Shown: piece by piece, positions 1 to 42,865 of the stretch
Layout of the letters: every line of letters begins with the position of its first letter
How positions within the stretch are numbered: position 1 is the stretch's first letter
Assembly: GCA_963693365.1 (NCBI GenBank)
Contig: CAVNZM010000011.1
Span: 5,475,921 to 5,539,920 of the forward strand
DNA: 64,000 bases
Direction of reading: 5' to 3'
Origin: Amoebidium appalachense
Lineage: Eukaryota > Protista > Ichthyosporea
Translations under genes and position numbers: made by a program
The notes under the pieces: generated by a model
What the model saw: the letters and a program-made list of their open reading frames with translations, nothing else
The model's database searches: none
Told to the model about the DNA's origin: nothing

Positions 1-309
1 TATTACTAATTTTTGTTGTCGAACATTTTCCCCCGGACTTGCTTCATTTCGTACCCACTTGCCACATGGAGAAAAACGCCTGTATGTGTCCACCCTTCCC
101 CGAGTTGGGTTCTCTCTCGAAGCATTCTAACGCTCGGCTGCATACGCATACAGATGTTCGCGCGCGCGCGCATGTGTGTGTGTGTGCTGTGTTTCATGGT
201 TTTTGTTTTCCCCTTTCCCCCCCCCCCCTTTTTATTTGCCCCAGTGTTTATCAGATTCACGCCACAGTTCCGTCCCGTTTTTTTATTTTTTATTTTTTTT
301 ATTATTTTT

Positions 310-347
<38 letters not shown>

Positions 348-379
348 CACCGTATGCTAACACCAATGTGCCCACACAG

Positions 380-433
380 CCCTTCCCCTGGGGCAACGAC
401 TCTTTCTTCCACAACCCCGAGATCAACCATTAA
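380..433 (+). CDS. COX6A: Terminal exon of probable cytochrome c oxidase subunit 6A (upstream exons lie before the window)
   Basis: Branch-like TGCTAAC (~355) and acceptor CACAG| precede PFPWGNDSFFHNPEINH*, which matches the conserved COX6A C-terminal pattern KxFPWG..xLFHNPxxN. AATAAA follows at ~483. Only 17 aa are visible. Confidence 0.7.
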   Translation, partial: PFPWGNDSFFHNPEINH

Positions 434-1558
434 GCTCCCCACCCTGCCTGGGCCCCCGGGACCACCGCTATATGTTATGTGAAATAAAAAATTGGGCTGG
501 GCACACCCCCTGCTGTCTCGAGAATGAAATTGTGTGACTTAGCGCCATGAATTACCCCCTGCCCCACCTTCGCGCGGTGAACTTGTACCTTTTTCTCAGA
601 GTATGTGACGCATTGAAATTCTACCCTTCCCCCTCCCCCCACCTCCTCGCGCGCGCACACATACACAATAGAGCCCCTCGTAGATGATATCGATGGGCCT
701 TGTTTGAAAGTTCTCGCCTGCTCCATTTCCCCTGGTAGCTATAACAGATCTGAGTGCTGTGGGTTCTGTCAGACCCGGGTTTTGTTTTTCTTGTTCAGTA
801 CCAAGTTCTTTTTGGGGGGGAAGGGGGGGCAGCGGCAGAGAGAATGTCGATGTGTGTCTGCGTGTTCACATATGGGTGATGTGTGAGTGTATGTTCTCAG
901 TGAGAGCATCCGTAAGCGTGTCACGGTGCCTGAGAGTGTGTGGACGTGTGTGCGTGTGCCAGTGTGGCGCAGCTGCAGCACGTTGGCAATGCTCGCGTGA
1001 CTGGATAGTGATTTGACAATGACATATTTTGTGTGGCAGGCCCTGAGTGTGTAACTGTACAGGTCTGTCTTTTCAAAGCTATCTGTCTATAGCTGGCAGT
1101 GCTTGGTGTGTGAGTAAGAATCGTTGGCTATATAGATGGCATAGTGTTCGCAAAAAAAGAAAAGAAAAAAATTGCAATGGGTCACGCACTGTGTCATGTC
1201 ACAGTGAGTGTACATATCGACATGTGCCCGCATTGTGTGACTTGCATTTACCGTAGTACTATAAAGTGTGTGCAGGTATGCCATGATGTTCACGTCACAT
1301 ATAACATTGTGTGCACGCGTACGGTGACGGTATAATTACCGTGCATGTGTGTGGAGGTGCGTGCAGAAGTGTGTGTTTGTGTGTGTGAGCGCATGTGCGT
1401 GCGTGCGTGTATGTGCATATGTGCGCTCGCTTTTACGTGTGAGCGTTCGTGTGAGGTGTGTGGCTGTGTGTGTGTGTGTGTGTATGCACGTGCGCGCGCG
1501 CATGTGTGTGTGTCTCGGCACGTGCGTACGTGCGTGCGTGCGTGTGTGTGTGCGGATG

Positions 1559-1644
<86 letters not shown>

Positions 1645-2562
1645 AAGCTCCTGCAGCAACCGTTAGGGCCTGTTTGGTAGCGCGCTAAATACGGTTTTTT
1701 ATCGTATTCGTATTTAGGGCCTAAATACGTATACGATCCCGTGGCATGCCAAACACGCCGCGGGCTTTTATTTTTTGTAAATACGATAGGGATCGCTTTT
1801 ATATCGTATTTACGAAAATCACCTCCGGAGGTGATTTTCGTAAATACGACATAGGAAATTAGCCAATCAGAGCATTTCGCATCATTTATTGGCTATCAGC
1901 AAGCCAATGGTACAGCGCTCGTAAGCCGCGGCGGGCACATTTTTACTACAGTACGCATGCCGGCGCATGCACGTGAATAATTCAATGTTAGAAGGTCGGT
2001 GTCATACACGTCATTTTGTGTACATTCTCAGTTAAAATTGGCACATGAATTTGGGCTGCACAGGTAAGACAGAGGACGAGGAACCCTACGCGGTGCATGA
2101 TAACAAGCTCAGACTGTATATATATGCCATAATAATCATTGAAACGATACTGGACTCCGATATATGCATTAATAAAAAACAATCAAATGTACATGTACAA
2201 ACTCGGTGACATGCAGGCACAACGAGTATTGCATAGGCAAGGACAAATTTTAACACTCATTATGTGTTCAGATATGTGGGGAATGCCAGGGACGAACGTT
2301 GGTGACGTAAAACGAGGTCTCTAGCAAGGCTTACACTAGCCACCGCAATAACTGGCAGTATCCCTTCAATAACAGACAATCTAACCTATTGTTAAACAGA
2401 GCAAGACTCACTGTCCGGCGGTGACTCGTTTTTGCCGTTCGTTACGTAATACTGACTACAGCTGCACCAGTCTATATGCATGGAATACCGAAGGATTATC
2501 AATGGGTGCGAATAGGGCCAATCAGATCTCGTGAACCATGTATCGACATTCAATGTGACTAA

Positions 2563-5840
<3,278 letters not shown>

Positions 5841-6299
5841 CTAAGTGACCAGTCACGCCTGACAGCGTTTGGAAGGCACCAACCGTATTTAGGCCCTAAA
5901 TACGCATACCACGATAAATTTTGTAAATACGGTAGATCGTATTTAGGGCCTAAATACGAATACGATTATTGGGGTGCTGCCAAACAGGCCCTTATTAACG
6001 TTGGACCATTTACACCGTGCTCAGCCCAGCCTGAGGCTGCTAATCATATTATTTGTGGTGGCAGTAGTTCAAATCATAAGGAGGTGCAGTGTACTTTCCG
6101 TCTTACATGCGGTGGGAAAGATTGATACTGTTGGTTCAACAATGAGGGCCGAGACTAATTAGGCAGGAAGCAGACTCTGCACGCTTTCAAAGTGCCATAT
6201 TATTCGCACGGATAAATTCAAGTTAAATTCGGAGCCTGTACAGTGTGCCACGGCGGAATTATAAATCAATCATTGAAAAAAAGTAGTAATATCGCAATA

Positions 6300-9125
<2,826 letters not shown>

Positions 9126-9941
9126 AAACAGGTACATGTGTGCAAGCCTTGCATATGGCGCCATGCATATAATTGTCCACGCGTGCGTGCGTGTGTGTGC
9201 GTGTGTGTGTGCGCGTATGTTCAAATTCGCTTGTGTGAACGTGGGGGTGTGCCACCTGTCACAGCATGTTTCAAGTTGTGTGATGTCACGACTGTGGGCG
9301 TGTGTGCGCATTTGATTGCTCTTCGAATTCCCTAACTGTTGCAAAGGGAAGTACTCGATTTCACGGAACGCCAACGTTCAAGTTTTTAATGGCAAAAGAG
9401 AAAAGGAGAGGGAAAAAAAATGCCTCGTACTCCCTCAACCAGATGCTTTCACCGGGTCCCCTCTAAGCTTGCAAGTATGGCCGTTTTAGCGTACTGTAGC
9501 AATGTCGGTGTGTACACACACTGGAACACAGAAGTGTTGAATGCACTTTGTTCGTGGCAAGGAAAAGGTCCCCCCAAATGTCTCAAAGCACAAGAAGGCA
9601 AAAAAGAACTGAGCAAGGTCATATAAATTCGAATAGGACCGAGTCCTTTATTATTTTAAATCACAAGGAGCGTCGGCTGCTGTAATGGCAAAACAGCGGA
9701 GGCTAAAAGGGCACTGTTGTCCCTGTTTCATACTCAAGAAGGTTGTTTACATACGTTCGTAATCATACATACAGTTAGACTCTCGAGTCTCTACATATTT
9801 ACACGGATTTGTGTGATTATTTCATACATACAAAATTTCATTCATGTATATGTCTGCCTGTGCTAAGAAACAAACAGCATACCGTGCGTGGCTTGAAGAA
9901 AAAAAATTAAAAATACACCCAACACTTGGGGTTCAGCAAAA

Positions 9942-10775
9942 TTACGATTTCATAAGCAGGGCACCTTCGTCTTTAAGAGAAACAAGGTTGAGGTCCTCAA
10001 AAGAACCATCAACGTCATACACCACACGGTGCAAACCTTTACGCGCATCAGTGACAGTACCAGAGTACCATTTTTGGTCCTGGGGCCAAAAAACTTGAAC
10101 CGAGGCACCCTCGAGGTAAGGAAGAACGGACTTGCTCTCACGGCAGAAGTACCAGGCAAAGAAGAACGTCCTTGTGTCTGGTTCTCGCTTGGCCTTGTCG
10201 GAAACACAGCTCATACGGCAAACCTCTGCTACGTCACTCTTGAACACCTCCACATACATATCAGTCTCAAGAAAATCCTCGTCGCGAAGGTTGAAGCCCT
10301 TGCCGGAGTTGCCCAGCTCGGAGGCAATCATGCGGAACGGCATGAACACCTTTCCCCACAGCGCTCCCTTTGTGGCGCAGGCAGCTCGAACCACCGTGCC
10401 GTTGTAAAGAAGAAAGCAGCGGCCCACGGAAGCCTTCAAGTCGGCAAACGCGGCATCACTGGCTGCCAGCACCTCCTCAGAAGAGTAGAGGTCTCGAAAC
10501 TCCTTCGGCACGGTGGGGCCGTTCGCGTTGCCAAGAATCGAGCCGTAGGGCCACGTCTCTTCTTTTGCAGGAATCACATGGATCGTAGTGATTTTCTCAA
10601 TAAAACGTACCGATTTCTTGGGCTTCGGTTTGGAGAGCTCCAGTTCACATAGCCGTGCACGCTTGAAGAGTGGCACGCTCACGTCTGGCTTGATGTCGAG
10701 GTCGAAGTCGAACTTGCGCTTTGCGTTGAACAAAGCTTGATCGATCACAGCAGGAAGGAGTGACTCCGTGTCGAA
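9942..10775 (-). CDS. Putative chromatin reader: basic/RVxF N-terminal region, BAH-like domain and C-terminal Tudor (PDS5/MSH6-type) domain; start unresolved
   Basis: High-complexity, stop-free stretch of ~277 codons. The Tudor pattern GASVQVFWPQDQKWYSGTV...HRVVYDVDGSFEDLNL is clear. The BAH-like pattern is VGRCFLL...EDFLETDMYVEV...VAEVCRMSCV...FFFAWYFCRESKSV. KKSVRF lies at ~10602-10619. On the minus strand: acceptor TTTTTTTCACAG| at 10776, TATATAA at ~10950, AATAAA at ~9650. Confidence 0.72.
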   Translation of the reverse strand, partial: FDTESLLPAVIDQALFNAKRKFDFDLDIKPDVSVPLFKRARLCELELSKPKPKKSVRFIEKITTIHVIPAKEETWPYGSILGNANGPTVPKEFRDLYSSEEVLAASDAAFADLKASVGRCFLLYNGTVVRAACATKGALWGKVFMPFRMIASELGNSGKGFNLRDEDFLETDMYVEVFKSDVAEVCRMSCVSDKAKREPDTRTFFFAWYFCRESKSVLPYLEGASVQVFWPQDQKWYSGTVTDARKGLHRVVYDVDGSFEDLNLVSLKDEGALLMKS

Positions 10776-12495
10776 CTGTGAAAAAAATAAACATGTTGAA
10801 CTCTCATGTTCACACGAGGAGCTCAACACGATAATCTTTCCTGACTTGCACCCAAAGTGGATGGGAACACAGACGGTGAGAACGAAAACGCAGTATAACT
10901 TGCAGTGAAGTGAAGAAAAAAGGAGAAAGAGCCACTAGTAACAAGCTTATATATACCATAACCTTAACTACGAAAAGTGTCTCAGTCTCGGGTGGGTACT
11001 TGTCGAACGGAAGTTTTATTTGTAGAATAAAGGTGTAGGTTGAAAATTTTCTAGCAACCAAACGTTGTTACAACAACGTGAACAATTTTCACCACGGCGT
11101 GTGCAACTTTCCCCCTGTTCGCTACTGTACAAGGTGTATCACAACTTACGCTAACAAAGAGGCTGCTGCCTCACAACGTGGTGTCCGCCCCAATTCCTAA
11201 ATTGCTCCATGGTGCATACAGTGCACGTATTTACGTGGGGGTGTAGAGCGTGCGAGTGCGAAACCACCCTTTACTCAGTCGCCCTATTCTGATACCGCCA
11301 ACACCCCAGTGCCGCTGTGTGAACGCCCTGCACGAGTCGCTTACATGCAAGAGTCGCTTACATGCAAGAGTCAACCCCGACCACAACTTCTCGTGTACAC
11401 AGGTGTGATGCTTTATTTTTTCTTTGGTGCTCCGTAAAGGGCAGCATTTTTACCTTGCACTTAATATCAAGTGGGCCACAGCCAGCGGTGCCCTCCCCTG
11501 GGCTCAGGCTGAGCAGCCGCTGGGTAGAAGCGTCTACACGCTCGAACGAACCTGTCCAAACACCCATCTTTGCTACTGCGTTGATAGGGCGGACGAACGA
11601 AATATGACATTTTGAAGCCATAACGGCGTTTATATAGTTCTTGAAGGTTCATGAATGCGCAGGCCAAAACAATCAATCGCGTACGTGATTTTAAAAAGTG
11701 TATGCGATCAGCTGACGTTCGTTTCTCACCCCTGCCTTCAGCAATTAGGCAGCAGATAACTTATATATGACTCGTTATGTATTATTCATATAAAAAAAAA
11801 CAATGTCAATATTATAGCGGTGCTTATAAGAACAAGAGTTTGATATAGTATGCTTCTCAAAAGATTGCGATCAAGGAGTATCTTGTTTGCGGTTTTCAAA
11901 TTTGAAGCACTGGTAGTGTGTTCTGGTAAGACTCCTTCCTGACTTGACACCAATAGGTGCGATTCGTTCAAAACCGCAGGATATCGAGAGGATTTATTTG
12001 TGTGGCTCGGGGGTTAAAAAAACACCGAAATGGCTTAAAAAAATGAAAATACAAAACATTATTGCTTGAATATTAAAAACATATGCAAAGGCCTAAATAC
12101 CTTTAGAAAAACCATGAAATACTATATAATGGCTGACACATGCTCAGTGAGATCACTCGGCAACAACGCTAAGATTGGTCTGTTATCATAAGTTTTTATC
12201 GCTGTTTAGACACATTCCGGTGATGTGGAAGTGTTTCATTGGTCAAGTTGTAACGGCACCATGTGACTAAACTGTGATCCGATTGGCAGTTTCGACGTTC
12301 AAAAAACGACAAAAGCAAGCAACCAATTAAAAGTAGTAGTGTTATGATATTGTAACCGCTTACGTGGCACCATGTGAAAGACATGTCCCTAATGGTGCAT
12401 GATTTTTGTACCAATGTAATGGTGTGAGCGTCGCGCGTAACAAGATAGTCGCGCTATTTTTAGTTCAGGCCGTTTCCATGTGCGCTCCTGTTTGT

Positions 12496-12525
12496 TTTTT
12501 GGCGCCAAAGTTTTTGGCGGGAAAA
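12496..12525. promoter_or_regulatory. Tandem E2F-like sites
   Basis: TTTTTTGGCGCCAAAG followed by TTTTTGGCGGGAAAA; both match the E2F/DP consensus TTTSSCGS. The target gene is unknown. Confidence 0.4.
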
Positions 12526-13463
12526 CGGGAGACCACCGAGTCACGACCGTCGCTGACAGGCTGAGTCACTGCAGCTGCAGTACAGCTGTATATGCGTATA
12601 CGTAGGGGTACCTTTCGTTATATTTTATCTGCCACTTTTCGTATGGCAAGGCCTGTGGCAGCTGTATGGCAAGGCCTTCGATAAGAAGTTCGTGGTCACT
12701 GGCTGACTGGGCGCGCGGTGCACTCGATCACTTGAATCGTACTATGTACTGCGGCCTGCCTGTTGCACACCGCAAATATCGTCTTCTTTGGGGTACTGTA
12801 CATACATATGCATGCGCATGCTAATAGCCTATATGGGTGGAAGTTATACCTACACCCAAGTCTGTGCCGACGGTCCCAACAGGAAAACGGTTAGTTGCCT
12901 TTGAACTTTTCATAATATAGGCCCTTAGCCTTACGGTAGTATCTTTTACGTCTTACTAAGTGTTTCTAAAGTGGTGCGCGGGTGTTGCTTCAAGCTTGAA
13001 CGAACCGAGAGCTTCGAAAGTTTGAATATTGTGGGCACCTTTTTCAGTTTGTCGAAATCTCGCTTTTGGTTACCTCAGCAGTCCCAAGCCTGAGTTGCTA
13101 TAGACCAAAACCTTTGACCCTCAGCTGGCGAGAGACCTGCGTTTCGTGCTTTCCACGTGAATTTAGAGAAACGCTGCCTGGGCTTGGCTCGAGAACCAAG
13201 CTAGCTGTGGAGTGAAAGAAGACCTTAAGCAGTAGTTGTTGAGAGCCCAGAGGTCTCATGAACTAGTTTATGATGGTTGATAGAGTTGTGTAGTACTAAA
13301 AGGGGCGGGGGAGGGGGCAGGGAGGATGTTTTTTAATTATAACAAGCTACAGAAGACAATATTTCTATTACCCGGTTGACTTTCTCCCTCCGAGGATCTC
13401 TCTCTCTCTCTCTCTCCCCCCTCCCCCCCTTCCCCCCCTATCTCTCTCCCTCCCTCCCTCTCA

Positions 13464-13496
<33 letters not shown>

Positions 13497-13608
13497 TCTC
13501 TTTCTGTCACTTGTCTCCTTCCCCTCCCCCCCTTTCCCTTCTCTTTCTCTCTCTCTCCCCTTCTCTCTCTCTCTTCTCTCTCACCCTCCCTCCCTCCCTC
13601 TCTCTCTT

Positions 13609-13666
<58 letters not shown>

Positions 13667-14151
13667 CCCCCCCCCCCCCCCCTCCCCCTCCCCCCCCCCC
13701 CCTCTCTCTCTCTTTCGCACACACGCGCGCGCGCTCACTCACTCTCCTCCCCACTCCCTTCCCCCCCCCCCCCCCCCCCCCCTCTAAATACCTCCCCCAT
13801 CGCGCGCGGGTGCTCTCTCGCTCTCCGAGGTTCTCTCCCCACCTCTCTACCTTTCTCTTCCTCTTTGCCCCTCCCCGCCTCCCTCCCCCCCTCTCTCCCA
13901 AAAAGCCAGGGTTATTTAGTGGTGGGAAAAGACCCTCAGCATGTATTCCTATTATAAAGTGGTTTTGGTGTGGCCGAATACGCATCAGAGTTACTGAACA
14001 GAGTTACTGAACAAATGGACCATATGCATGGGGCGAAAACGAAGTTTCATTTTATGCAATCATGATGTACATCGCACTTGGGATACACATACGCCTTGGC
14101 CATGGTCTAACCCGTGCTCAAAAACATGTGCAGTTGTGAGGCCGGTGCCAG

Positions 14152-14450
14152 GACGTAGTCTCCTAGGCTTATACCCGCTAGCTTACGTAATAGGCCGAGC
14201 TATGCTACGCGTGACGGGCCGGGTCGCCTGGAGGCTACTTACAAGGTGCTATACTTCAGAGAGGCCGCAGGGCCGCCGAGTGAGACAGAGAGTCTAAGAG
14301 CTGAGTCTGAGATCAACCGTCAGACAGACTTCAACGTAGTCTCCAAGGCTAAGTACCCGCTGGCTTACGTACAATAAGTGGCCGGGGCGGCCTACGACGC
14401 TGCGGGACAAGACATAGGTATGCATGTTAGAGGCCGCAGGGAGACAGCAG
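14152..14450 (+). repeat. Diverged direct repeat, ~180-bp period
   Basis: ACGTAGTCTCCWAGGCT..TACCCGCTRGCTTACGTA at ~14153 and ~14334; each copy is followed by AGAGGCCGCAGGG...GAGACAG. Confidence 0.65.
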
Positions 14451-14474
14451 CACCAGTGTCACGTGCACAAAACT

Positions 14475-14852
14475 GAGCCGCTTCGCGTGGATCTAGATAT
14501 CTAAATATCTAGATTGTTAAATTTACGTATAAAACGTCTGCAATCCGATCGATGTTGTAAAGTTTTAAAGTTTGCATAAAATCTAGATTGTTTTCGACCC
14601 TCTTCCATCTGGGCGAATCTGGAAGAGGGGGTTGGGGGGGTCTTCTAGATGTAGGGGATGAGACGATTGGTCCTTGGAACCTGCCTAATTTACTAAATAT
14701 CTCTTATCCAATAGAATTGCGATCTACGACCTAGATAGTTCAGCTTCTAAACTGCTCTACGCGAATCGAGTAGACTTTTAGATATTTAGAGGTACGGCTT
14801 TGGTTCTCTAAAGTCGCCGAGTATTTAGATATTTATCCACGCGAAGCGACTC
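14475..14852. mobile_element. 378-bp MITE with 3-bp ACT target-site duplication (PIF/Harbinger-ISL2EU-like group)
   Basis: TIRs GAGCCGCTTCGCGTGGAT..ATATCTAAATA / TATTTAGATATTTATCCACGCGAAGCGACTC. ACT occurs at 14472-14474 and 14853-14855. Internal TCTAGA/TAGATATTTAGA repeats. Confidence 0.8.
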
Positions 14853-14919
14853 ACTCGTGACTAACTAACTTCATCTTGGCTGTGCAGTTTCCAGCTAGGG
14901 AGATTTTTAGATTCCATGG

Positions 14920-14958
14920 ATTGGTCAACTGCGCATCGCTTTTTTTAAGCGGGCCAAT
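14920..14958. promoter_or_regulatory. Inverted double CCAAT module upstream of the kinase gene
   Basis: ATTGG-N6-GCGCATCGC-N14-CCAAT; the identical spacing recurs at 50030-50068. Confidence 0.5.
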
Positions 14959-15641
14959 GGTTGTCAAGTAGGGGTTGGGGTGAAATTTTGCGTGTCTGCG
15001 CAGAGACGTTGCCAAGTTGAATGCAAGCTAATGCAGCACTCGGGCTCGGCGAGCTAAGGCCATCAATATTATTGTGATTAGCAGAGCGTACACTTTGCCG
15101 TATAAATTAAACAACTATGATAGATACATATAGTGGTAAGATACAAATCGACATCAATGTAACGTAGGCCATGTACATGTCTCAAGTGTATCGGAGGCTC
15201 GGAGCTTCGCACTGTGAATCTCCCTATACCCGATTTCGTGAGCCACACTGAGCGCCGCGCCGCCCGCGCGCCGTCACCGAGGAACGAACACAGGAATGCT
15301 CCTTTCTCCTCTGAGTCATGCCGTAACAGCGTTCTGGTGGCGGAACATGCGATGTGCACTAACATAAAACAGGTTAAAGGAAAAGTCACCTGAGCCTGTG
15401 GGAGAGTAACTTGCCCGATTTTAAAGTCGCTTCCGGTCGTTTCTACATGCTTACCTGTGCAGCCTTACGGGAAGCCTTCGTGCACAAGCTCCTCCCTCCA
15501 CTTGAAACGGAGGGCCTTTGGATCCACTAAATTTCCCAAGACAAAAATCTAGTGTACTGCTTCACAAAATATACAATAACAGAAAAAAGTCACATAAGGG
15601 CATGGATATGCCTGGGCTTATGTGCTAAACATCTGTGTGGG

Positions 15642-40611
<24,970 letters not shown>

Positions 40612-41669
40612 GGCCCCCAAATGTTGCACGTGATGAAAGGCTGTGTGTTTGTTTGTTGTTTGATTGGTCGAACCCCGTGTGCGAGTTCCATATATGGTAA
40701 TCGGATTGAACCTGCGATGATACTTAAGGCTTGGTTGTTGGTTACCATATTTAGTAGCCGTTTGGAGCCTCTGCAGTCCTCAGGCTGGTAGGTGTAGGGT
40801 GTGTACAAACTATAAGCTTCTTAATGATATTGTTTCGTAGACGTTGTGCATGACACGTTGTGTTCAAATTTGTAAAGAGCTCGCGTGATAACGGGTGCAT
40901 ATGTATTTATGATGGGGCATTGTGTTGTGGTGTAATGTACATTCAAAGAAGGGGCCATTGCGAAGGCCTAACAAGATATGCGGGGGTGTACTGAGATAGT
41001 CATGAAGATTGTAGGACGGCTATATATGCCGGGGGAGGCATGCGCATGGTTTGAGTTTGGATTTACCTCCGGAATTAAAACCAAATCTCTCATAATATTC
41101 CACACAACTGAGTAGCTTTGATCATCTGAACACTTGGTTTTGGATGTAATTACGATTACAATTATAAATCAAGGTGTTGATCATCTTTTGCGGACACGAA
41201 AACACCTCACCAAAAAGAAATAAGATAGGTGGCAGTGCCACGCAAACCATGAATTCTTGCCTTTTTTAGTGCCATTTAGTGCCCCCAGTATAGTAGCTAC
41301 AGGCAGATGCAAGAGTCGAAATACGGTACCGAGATTCACGGGGGTTTAGTCATTTCGGTACCGTGGTATTACAAGGAGCTCCCTTCAAAATCTGTGAATC
41401 ATTTATGGCATCGGTAGGGAACTGAAACTATGCTGTACATACTCAGGCATACACGAATCTCAACACTCAAAGGGACCGGGAGTACTTATTACCCTGCGGT
41501 TGCTGTAGCCTGTGAGTTGTATATGACTTCCGGGTTTCGCAATACATATTAGTTATTTTGCAATAAATAACGGTTCTTTTCAAGTGCTGATATCGACGGT
41601 CTTGCAATAACCCCAGTAACAGAACACAAGAGTTCGTCACTATCTCCTGTGTCTCCCCCGGCCCCTCCC

Positions 41670-41700
41670 CAAGGCCTCCTACTCAGAGTAGGAGGCCTTG
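41670..41700. mobile_element. 31-bp palindrome with 8-bp flanking duplication: probable DNA-transposon excision footprint or minimal remnant
   Basis: CAAGGCCTCCTACTC-A-GAGTAGGAGGCCTTG, flanked by CCCCTCCC at 41662-41669 and 41701-41708. The flank is low complexity. Confidence 0.55.
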
Positions 41701-41839
41701 CCCCTCCCCCCCCTCCCCCCCCCCCCTCCCCCCCCCCCCCCCCCCCCCTCCCCCCTCCCCTTGTTCACTGTAGCGCGGGACGACGGTGATCATGACAACT
41801 AGATACACATCCATATGCATCCTACGTGGAGATACAAGG

Positions 41840-41872
<33 letters not shown>

Positions 41873-42246
41873 GGTACAACTCTGGGAGGTTACGCACTAT
41901 GTGCATGTACATATTCATCAATGATATATGTTTAGTAACATTTTGACTCGGACGGTTCGGGCCATGCATCCTATCATGAAGTGACTGTCACGTTTACAGT
42001 GGCACAGCGTGGATAATAACTTGAATAAAACAGTGTATGCCGAGTGCCACAAGTGTTGAACAGCTCTTTTTTCAAAAATAAACAGCTTCACCGGATATTC
42101 ATCATACGCCCTGCAGCTGAGTCTCAGTACGTAGACGGTCCACGCTAGAATAGGCAGCTGGCCGGCCGGCCGGTCAGTGTACATGTCGCACGAGCATTCG
42201 CATACACAGATACACAAAATCACACCCGCGGCTTTGACACCCACAT

Positions 42247-42281
<35 letters not shown>

Positions 42282-42363
42282 CTGTGGCACACCGTGACAC
42301 ACACACACACACCGTGACACACACAGTAACACACACACACACACACGCACACACTGACACCGC

Positions 42364-42465
<102 letters not shown>

Positions 42466-42651
42466 GTGGTGACACACTTGCGTGTACTACACGCCATGCC
42501 AAGTACAACGGCCACCAAACAATCATGAATTCGCTACGGGTTGGTTCTATGACTATTGAATCATGTTACTGTGCACAATGATTTACCCAGCTCAGCTAGA
42601 GAGAGAGAGAGAGAGTGAGAGAGTGAGAGAGTGAGAGAGTGAGTGAGAGAG

Positions 42652-42684
<33 letters not shown>

Positions 42685-42704
42685 TGAGAGTGAGAGAGAG
42701 AGAG

Positions 42705-42803
<99 letters not shown>

Positions 42804-42817
42804 AGAGAGAGAGAGAG

Positions 42818-42865
<48 letters not shown>

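Noticed and set aside
10029-10652. 207-aa plus-strand ORF
   Set aside because: Antisense shadow of the BAH-Tudor ORF, with no recognisable motifs.
11358-11621. 87-aa minus-strand ORF (MASKCHISF...) as a gene or first exon of the BAH-Tudor gene
   Set aside because: No recognisable motif, the TATA-like box is only ~10 nt from the ATG, and I could not establish a convincing splice link. Not excluded, but unsupported.
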